A DNA stretch of 63,250 nucleotides, filler included, from an uncultured virus (IMG/VR IMGVR_UViG_2049941000_000294) (lineage: Duplodnaviria; Heunggongvirae; Uroviricota; Caudoviricetes). It is 10 parts of one record of this genome, joined end to end, with 100 filler letters (N's around TTAATTAATTAA, not from the genome) between each part and the next. Parts side by side here need not be neighbours in the genome. Positions count along the whole stretch, not along the records: positions 37,643 to 60,953 come from IMGVR_UViG_2049941000_000294; positions 61,054 to 62,635 come from IMGVR_UViG_2049941000_000294; positions 62,736 to 63,250 come from IMGVR_UViG_2049941000_000294; 7 more parts are not named here. One strand, given 5' to 3'. Shown here piece after piece: positions 56,243 to 63,250 of this stretch. Numbering within the stretch: the stretch's first letter is position 1; every line of letters starts with the position of its first letter. The position numbers and the translations under genes were made by a program. The notes below the pieces were generated by a model that was not told the DNA's origin, ran no database searches, and worked only from the letters and a program-made list of their open reading frames with translations.

Positions 56243-56439
56243 ATGGATATTGAAGCTTACAGACTGAGAAAAAAGAAAACGGTTGCAGATTTAGCTGAAA
56301 TGCTAGGAGTTAAAGAAGCCGCCGTTTACAATTACAAGTACGGAAAAAGTAAACCGTCTTATGAATCCATCGAAAAGATGTTACTTGATGGGGCCTACAT
56401 ATCTGAAGTCTTTTCTGATTCTGTTCAAGATAAGGTTAT
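56234..56439 (+). CDS. XRE-family HTH repressor, N-terminal part
   Basis: TVADLAEMLGVKEAAVYNYKYGKSKP; the fusion to gpN in the ORF track is a gap artefact. Confidence 0.85.
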
Positions 56440-56643
56440 NNNNNNNNNNGCTCTCAAGTATCTACGAGACGAAATGACTCATCTTGCTGAGATCGTGGAA
56501 TTGCCGTTGCCTGCGACTAGAGATGTTCTCTCAATTTGTTTCGATTGCTACGGAAACCTCGACAAACTGGATGATGTCATTGAACGCAACGACATTGGGG
56601 ACCCGCTTCTGGTGACGCGTGAATCTTTGAAGGTGCTTTCGAA

Positions 56644-57696
56644 ATGATTGAAGTCTTTGCCAACGGTCGAAAGTTTTCTTACTGGACGGGCGCTAGCGTC
56701 TCCCGTTCGATCGACCATATAGCGGCTGCTTTTTCGCTGACTCTTGTCGCAAAGTCCGAAAGCGGCGACGACGTGAGTATTTTCCCAGGTGATTCTGTCG
56801 AGATTGCCGTCGATGGCAAAAAGGTTCTTTCGGGTTATGCGGACAAGTTATCTACGTCGTTTTCGCAGGGGTCGCGTCAGGTGACCGTTTCCGGAAATGA
56901 AAAAACTATCGACTTGTCCGATTGCTGTATCGAAAGTCCATTCGAATGGGAAAATAAAAAGATGGACGAAATCATCCGCTCGATATGCGCGAGATTTGAC
57001 ATCCTTTTTGACAACCGCTACAACGTAGATGTCGGCATGCCTTTTAAGAGGTTTGCAGTCGAGCCTGGGAGTAAGGCGGTTGATACGTTGTCGAAACTGT
57101 GCAAAGAGCGAGGCGTGATGCCGTGCTCCGATGGCCGTGGGACTGTGTTTCTCTTTACGCCCGAAAAAGCACCACGTGGCCCGATGTTGCAGCAAGGAGA
57201 AAACCTCGTCTCTGCTTCCGTGGATTTGTCGCTTTCAGACCGTTTTTCGAAGTACACCGTGTATGGCACCGGCAGCGCGAAAAACAAGGCTATAGGCATC
57301 GCAAACGACAAAGACGTGCGGCGCTCAAGGCCGTTCGTTCTGGTGGACTCGAATTCCGTCGATAAGGATAAAGTTCAAGCCCGTGCCGATTGGGAGTGCC
57401 GCATCCGCGAGGCGAAATCGATGGCGGTCAACGCGAGCGTTATCGGATGGGCTCATTCTGGGGGACTTTGGGAGCCGGGAACCGTTTGTTCGTTCGTCGC
57501 CCCGGATTTATTCGTCAAATCTCCGCTTGACCTGCTTGTTTCAAGCGTCGAATATTCGTGGGGTGGCGATGGCCAGGTGACAAACTTGACGCTGGTACAG
57601 CCGGATTCTTTTTTGCCACAGCCTGAGAAATCCAAGGCGAGGAAGGCTGCAAAGGCGGATCCGTGGGCGAGTATCAAGAAGGCGGTGCAAGGATGA
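56644..57696 (+). CDS. Mu gp44/gpP-like baseplate hub (second allele)
   Basis: Nearly identical to 30551-31603. Confidence 0.9.
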   Translation: MIEVFANGRKFSYWTGASVSRSIDHIAAAFSLTLVAKSESGDDVSIFPGDSVEIAVDGKKVLSGYADKLSTSFSQGSRQVTVSGNEKTIDLSDCCIESPFEWENKKMDEIIRSICARFDILFDNRYNVDVGMPFKRFAVEPGSKAVDTLSKLCKERGVMPCSDGRGTVFLFTPEKAPRGPMLQQGENLVSASVDLSLSDRFSKYTVYGTGSAKNKAIGIANDKDVRRSRPFVLVDSNSVDKDKVQARADWECRIREAKSMAVNASVIGWAHSGGLWEPGTVCSFVAPDLFVKSPLDLLVSSVEYSWGGDGQVTNLTLVQPDSFLPQPEKSKARKAAKADPWASIKKAVQG

Positions 57697-58223
57697 GTAT
57701 GAGTCTTTTAGAGCCCCTGTTGGCCCGTTTGCGGCTGATTGTGGGCCGTTGCGTGATTACGGCGACCAAATACAAGGGTGGCGAAATGCTTTCCGATATA
57801 GGCCTTGTTGCCGATGAAAAACGCCGTAACGTTGAGCTGATGCAACAATACGGTTTTTCCAGTCGTCCAAAAGGCGATGTTGACGGTGTGGCGATATTCG
57901 TTGGCGGTAGTCGTGAAAACGGCGTGGTGATCGCGACGCGTGGCGAATGCCCGGAGTTAAAGCCTGGTGAGGTGATGGTCCATTCGCCTTTTGGCTCCGG
58001 CATTAAGCTCAAGGATGATGGTAGTGTCGAACTGGTGACCGATTCGAAAAAGTTTAGATTCGTCGGCGATATCGAGACGACCGGCAAGATGACTGTCGGC
58101 GGTAAACTTGAAGCCGATGGCGAAATTACAGCCATGCGGAAGTCAACTCGTGTGAGCCTGTCAACGCACATGCACGCGACGGCTGCTCCTGGTAGCCCGA
58201 GCCCTCCGACTCCTGGGTCGTAA
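57693..58223 (+). CDS. Mu gp45-like baseplate spike (second allele)
   Basis: As 30024-30554. Confidence 0.88.
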   Translation: MSMSLLEPLLARLRLIVGRCVITATKYKGGEMLSDIGLVADEKRRNVELMQQYGFSSRPKGDVDGVAIFVGGSRENGVVIATRGECPELKPGEVMVHSPFGSGIKLKDDGSVELVTDSKKFRFVGDIETTGKMTVGGKLEADGEITAMRKSTRVSLSTHMHATAAPGSPSPPTPGS

Positions 58224-58277
58224 AAAAAACTTGTGTCAAAAACATTTTTTTGAGCCTTCGGGTCGCTTATCTTTATC

Positions 58278-58745
58278 GTGATGAGCGACCTTGCTTTGTA
58301 TCGCAGAAGTGACGGATATTTCGACCTCGACTTTGATAAAAGTCGGGGCGACTTGCTGACGTCCGACACCATCGAAAACGCCGTGATTATATCTATCGGC
58401 ACTCATGCCCGCGAACGCAAACTTGGCCGTAATGCGAATTTAAAGCCGTGCGTTGGCGGATGGTGGGGCGACGCTCTTGATGACAAGGGCGTTTTGGGAG
58501 GTTATCTGTACGAGGCTTTCCCTGGAAAGCTGACCGCCTCGACCGCCAAGTCTGTCGAAAATCTTGTAAAAGAGTCTCTGCAGTGGATGATTGACGACGG
58601 CGTTGCTAAAGCTGTTGATTGTTCCTCGAATATTATCAATGAAGACAAGATTCTTACTTTGTCTGTTGTTATTACGCGTCCGGACGGAAAGAAAGAGGAT
58701 CCTTTTTTGTACGAGCTGAAATGGAAGGCTACCGATGGAATTTAA
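58278..58745 (+). CDS. Mu gp46-like baseplate protein
   Basis: IENAVIISI, GGWWGD and LQWMIDDGVA motifs. Confidence 0.9.
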   Translation: MMSDLALYRRSDGYFDLDFDKSRGDLLTSDTIENAVIISIGTHARERKLGRNANLKPCVGGWWGDALDDKGVLGGYLYEAFPGKLTASTAKSVENLVKESLQWMIDDGVAKAVDCSSNIINEDKILTLSVVITRPDGKKEDPFLYELKWKATDGI

Positions 58746-59001
58746 GAGCTTAAGAGAACTTGTCCGAATTGTCGAAAATTCCTTGTTTGTCCAGTTTGAC
58801 ATGCTGAACAGGCTTGCGGATATNNNNNNNNNNCGTGCGGTCAAATTCTTTGGCGGAATCGTTCAGAATTGATTCCGTTGTCAAGGATGGAAATTCGGTA
58901 TCCGAAATTCTTTTTGCGCTTACGTTTCCGTCGGACCCTGATGATCCTGTCGTTGCTGAAGTTGCTGATTGCTCTGTAACTTTGAAGAATGGTGATATCT
59001 G

Positions 59002-59693
59002 ATGACGACGATTGTCCAACATATAACGCCTCGTTCGGTACGAGCTGATGGAATAGTCCGATTGTGGGGAGCCGGTTTTGACGGCTCTTGCAATGTACTG
59101 ATCGGCAATCGCCCGGCGACAATCGTTGACTATGAAAGCGACTTCATTGAATTTGTCGCTCCTGGTTCTGTTGGCCAGCATACGGTGAAGCTTGTTCGTG
59201 GCTCCGATGAAATTTACAGCGAAAAATTATTTGTCGTGTCTTTCGAAAATTCGCAGACCTGGAATTTGCCGGTTCGAGCGGAAGATGATTTTCGTTATGC
59301 GCTGCTGGGCCTTATGCCGCGTGGCTTTGCTTGGTTTACAGGCAAGGAGGGGAACTGGTGGAAACTGTTTTCGGCATTCGCTTCCGGATTCAAGGCTGTG
59401 CACGACAGCCTTAGACATCTTGTTGACGAATGTAGCCCGCTGAAGACGACGTCTTATTCCGATTGGGAACGCGAACTTGGACTTCCGTTGAAAGGTCTTG
59501 AGCAAAGTACAAATGCAGGTCGTAAAAGAGAGATTGTTCGTGTTTCGCGAAGTAAGGGCGGCTGCACCGTGCCTTATCTGCGTTCGGTACTGAAACTTTA
59601 CGGCGCACGATTCGACATTTACGAGTTTTTCAAGAGTCCTTCAGTTTTTCCAGCTTGGGTGGCCGAAAAGAATGGCGAGATGGCAAATTTCTT
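59002..59693 (+). CDS. gp48-like protein with N-terminal IPT/TIG Ig-like domain, partial (second start at 62337-62635)
   Basis: ITP...G.VRLWGAGF...VLIG...IEFVAP pattern preceding LMPRGFAW. Confidence 0.8.
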
Positions 59694-62600
59694 NNNNNNN
59701 NNNNNNNNNNNNNNNNNNNNNNNNNNNNNNNNNNNNNNNNNNNNNNNNNNNNNNNNNNNNNNNNNNNNNNNNNNNNNNNNNNNNNNNNNNNNNNNNNNNN
59801 NNNNNNNNNNNNNNNNNNNNNNNNNNNNNNNNNNNNNNNNNNNNNNNNNNNNNNNNNNNNNNNNNNNNNNNNNNNNNNNNNNNNNNNNNNNNNNNNNNNN
59901 NNNNNNNNNNNNNNNNNNNNNNNNNNNNNNNNNNNNNNNNNNNNNNNNNNNNNNNNNNNNNNNNNNNNNNNNNNNNNNNNNNNNNNNNNNNNNNNNNNNN
60001 NNNNNNNNNNNNNNNNNNNNNNNNNNNNNNNNNNNNNNNNNNNNNNNNNNNNNNNNNNNNNNNNNNNNNNNNNNNNNNNNNNNNNNNNNNNNNNNNNNNN
60101 NNNNNNNNNNNNNNNNNNNNNNNNNNNNNNNNNNNNNNNNNNNNNNNNNNNNNNNNNNNNNNNNNNNNNNNNNNNNNNNNNNNNNNNNNNNNNNNNNNNN
60201 NNNNNNNNNNNNNNNNNNNNNNNNGGCGAATCCCTTGGAGTCGTAAACAAGACCGGCTTCTTCCCATTTTTCGTAGCATGCAATAAGTTCAGCCTTGCCG
60301 AGACTCGGCGTCATTACCTGTTGACCAGCGCCAAACTTGGAGCCATCCGGAGCAAGCTTCGCATGGGCGTACTTGCCAGCAAGGTAGTTATTCCAATACC
60401 AACGGAGGTAAGACAAAGTAAGCACCGTTTCAAGCTGCAAGAAAGAATCGTCCTGAACACCCTGGGCATTACGCTTGTAAGTAGTCACGATACGACTCGT
60501 AAACACGCTTCCATCGTCAGCGGCAACCATCACAGCACAGCCGGACTTCAAAAGTCTGTTGTTGCCATCAGGGTCTTCACGGTCATCGCGTTTCGGCGCG
60601 ACAACACCAGCAACAGCCCAATTGTGTAGCGGAGCGGCAGGATCGTTCAACGCCTTCGGAGCCACGCAGCCGAACAAAGCCGAAGCCTTTTCAGCACCAG
60701 AAGTCGGAGACTTCGGCATAGCCGCAAGAACAATCTCCTGGGAGTTCAATGCGTTTGCCTTTGTCGTGAACGCAGATTCGTTACCGCCGTTAAGGCTGAA
60801 GCACATCACGCCAGTCTGCTGGACCATGGCAGTCCAACGAACATCCAACATCTCCTTGATGTAGGCAATGTTATCCGTTTCGGAAGAACCGATAACAATC
60901 ATATTGAACCAGTTACCCGCGCAAGTCTGGGCAACGTTAGCGTCATCGAATTGNNNNNNNNNNNNNNNNNNNNNNNNNNNNNNNNNNNNNNNNNNNNTTA
61001 ATTAATTAANNNNNNNNNNNNNNNNNNNNNNNNNNNNNNNNNNNNNNNNNNNNTGTAAAACTTTTTACCTTCTTGCCCAAATCCTGGTTTACATGTTTGC
61101 CCGAAAACGGCAAAGCAGTCGTTACAATTTCACGACCGCCGGACGTTTCTGTTTCTTTGTAATAAAAAGGTACTCCATCGTAAGATGCAGCGACACATTC
61201 GACGTCGCCATTTACCGTGCTGACCACTACCTTCTGCAGCGAATCTACGTACTCGTTACGCCATCCAGCCATCAGATACCCCCAAGCATATAGCCGCGAG
61301 ACCAGTCGAAGTCGCCTTTAGCGGGAGGCGTAATCTTCGTGCCTCGAGGAACGTTGTTGAAGTCAACGGCGAAGCGGTTGGTAACCGTAGTGCGAGACTC
61401 ACTCACCGCCTGTACAGCCGACGCGGCAAGAGTAGATTGAGCGCCGGAAGTACCATTCGCATTAATGTCTATATTGCCAAATCCAAACAAACTTTTAATC
61501 TTGTCAGGAAACCCGCCAAATAAACCAAGAACNNNNNNNNNNGGCCATCAGATACCCCCAAGCATATAGCCGCGAGACCAGTCGAAATCGCCTTTAGCGG
61601 GAGGCGTGATTTTCGTGCCGCGAGGAACGTTGTTGAAGTCAACGGCGAAGCGGTTGGTAACAGTCGTGCGAGACTCGCTCACCGCCTGGACCGCCGACGC
61701 GGCAAGAGTAGTCTGAGCGCCGGAAGCACCGTTCGCATTAACATCTATACCGCCAAACCCAAACAAACTTTTAATCTTGTCAGGAAACCCGCCAAATAAA
61801 CCAAGAACGGAGCTCTTGATTTGACCGACAAAATTCATAACGCCAGAAAGTTTGTCCATGAAGAAATTGCTGATTTTTTGGCCGATATTTGAAAACCAAT
61901 CTCCGACGCTAGAAGCAATATCTTTAAGTAACGACTTCAGCATATCCCAATTCTTGTACACGGATCTGAATGCGTACACCCACCCCACAATTCCAGCAGT
62001 CACAAGCGCAATTTTCGCCAACAAAGCGCCGCCAATAAGGCCGACAAAAAGTTTGACGCCAATTAGCAAACCTTGTCCGAACATAAAAATACTTTTCAGA
62101 ACAACACCAATCTTTGTCAAAATCGGAGCCATCATTACAAGCCCTGACAGAATCTGCACCACCGCAGGNNNNNNNNNNAATTCTTTGGCCGAATCTTTCA
62201 GAATTGATTCCGTTGTCAAGGATGGAGATTCTGTGTCCGAAATTCTTTTTGCGCTTACGTTCCCGTCTGATCCGGATGATCCTGTTGTTGCCGAAGTTGC
62301 TGATTGCGCTGTAACCTTGAGGAATGGCGATATCTGATGACGACGATAGTCCAACATATAACGCCTCGTTCGGTACGAGCTGACGGAATAGTCCGATTGT
62401 GGGGAGCCGGTTTTGACGGCTCTTGCAATGTACTTGTCGGCAATCGTCCGGCGACAGTCGTTGACTATGAAAGCGACTTTATTGAATTTGTCGCCCCTGG
62501 TTCTGTTGGCCAGCATACGGTGAAACTTGTTCGCGGCTCCGACGAAATTTACAGCGAAAAATTATTTGTCGTGTCTTTCGAAAATTCACAGACCTGGAAT

Positions 62601-63250
62601 TTGCCGGTTCGAGCGGAAGATGATTTCCGTTATGCNNNNNNNNNNNNNNNNNNNNNNNNNNNNNNNNNNNNNNNNNNNNTTAATTAATTAANNNNNNNNN
62701 NNNNNNNNNNNNNNNNNNNNNNNNNNNNNNNNNNNGAAACAGGCGTAACGCTAAATACATGCACATCAGCGCCAATAGGTCTCCGGGCATCGCTTGTCAA
62801 ATAACCCTTAACCTCTTCGACCTGGTCAGCAGTGCACACGATGTTATCGCTGTTGTAATTGGCGATAGCGACGCTCACAGAATTGACGTTTGGCTTCTGA
62901 GGAATGATATACGCATCGGTGACAAACTGGTGTCTTGTAGCCCACGTCCAGTAATCATTTTTTGAGCCACCGTTTACGGGATTTTGGATCCTGTTCTGCA
63001 ANNNNNNNNNNGTATTGGCTGGAATGGTGCGCGGTCCGTCGCTGCTGTTGCTGACAACGGTTACATCATCGACGCCGGGAGTTTCAGTCGATTCAAGATC
63101 GGCGACAAAATCTTTATAATTGACATATTCAANNNNNNNNNNGAATAAAGCGCCTCCAGCAATGTCTTTGGAGCTCATCGATTCAACGCCAGCAATATCC
63201 ACGTCGCGAAATTCCAGCGCAACGCCGTCGTCAAGGTTAGAATCAGCACC

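Noticed and set aside
56234..56647. Repressor-gpN fusion (similarly 7806-9563, 11728-12552, 26607-27068, 35961-36956)
   Set aside because: Chimeric ORFs spanning assembly gaps.

Overview
This window is not one molecule. It is about ten scaffolds joined by an artificial N-TTAATTAATTAA-N linker, and many scaffolds contain further 10-N gaps with pieces out of order. Several long ORFs in the supplied track are therefore chimeras. The content is almost entirely temperate phage DNA from at least two related lineages plus near-identical strain variants. It includes a Mu-like contractile tail and baseplate (sheath, tube, frameshifted chaperone, tape measure, gpN, gp44-gp48), SGNH-esterase receptor-binding proteins, an NlpC/P60 lysis region, tyrosine integrases with an attP-like site, and an early module (repressor, replication protein, SSB, 3'-5' exonuclease, ParB-like, clamp-like). 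The main result is a diversity-generating retroelement (DGR) on the minus strand with the layout target/VR - hairpin - avd - TR - RT. The template repeat (TR, 18203-18303) differs from variable region VR1 (20403-20503) at 17 of 101 positions, all TR adenines. It differs from VR2 (18862-18909) at 10 of 48 positions, again all adenines. The target alleles carry two unrelated N-termini. The RT has a non-canonical IGFLCWQ/FVDD signature.
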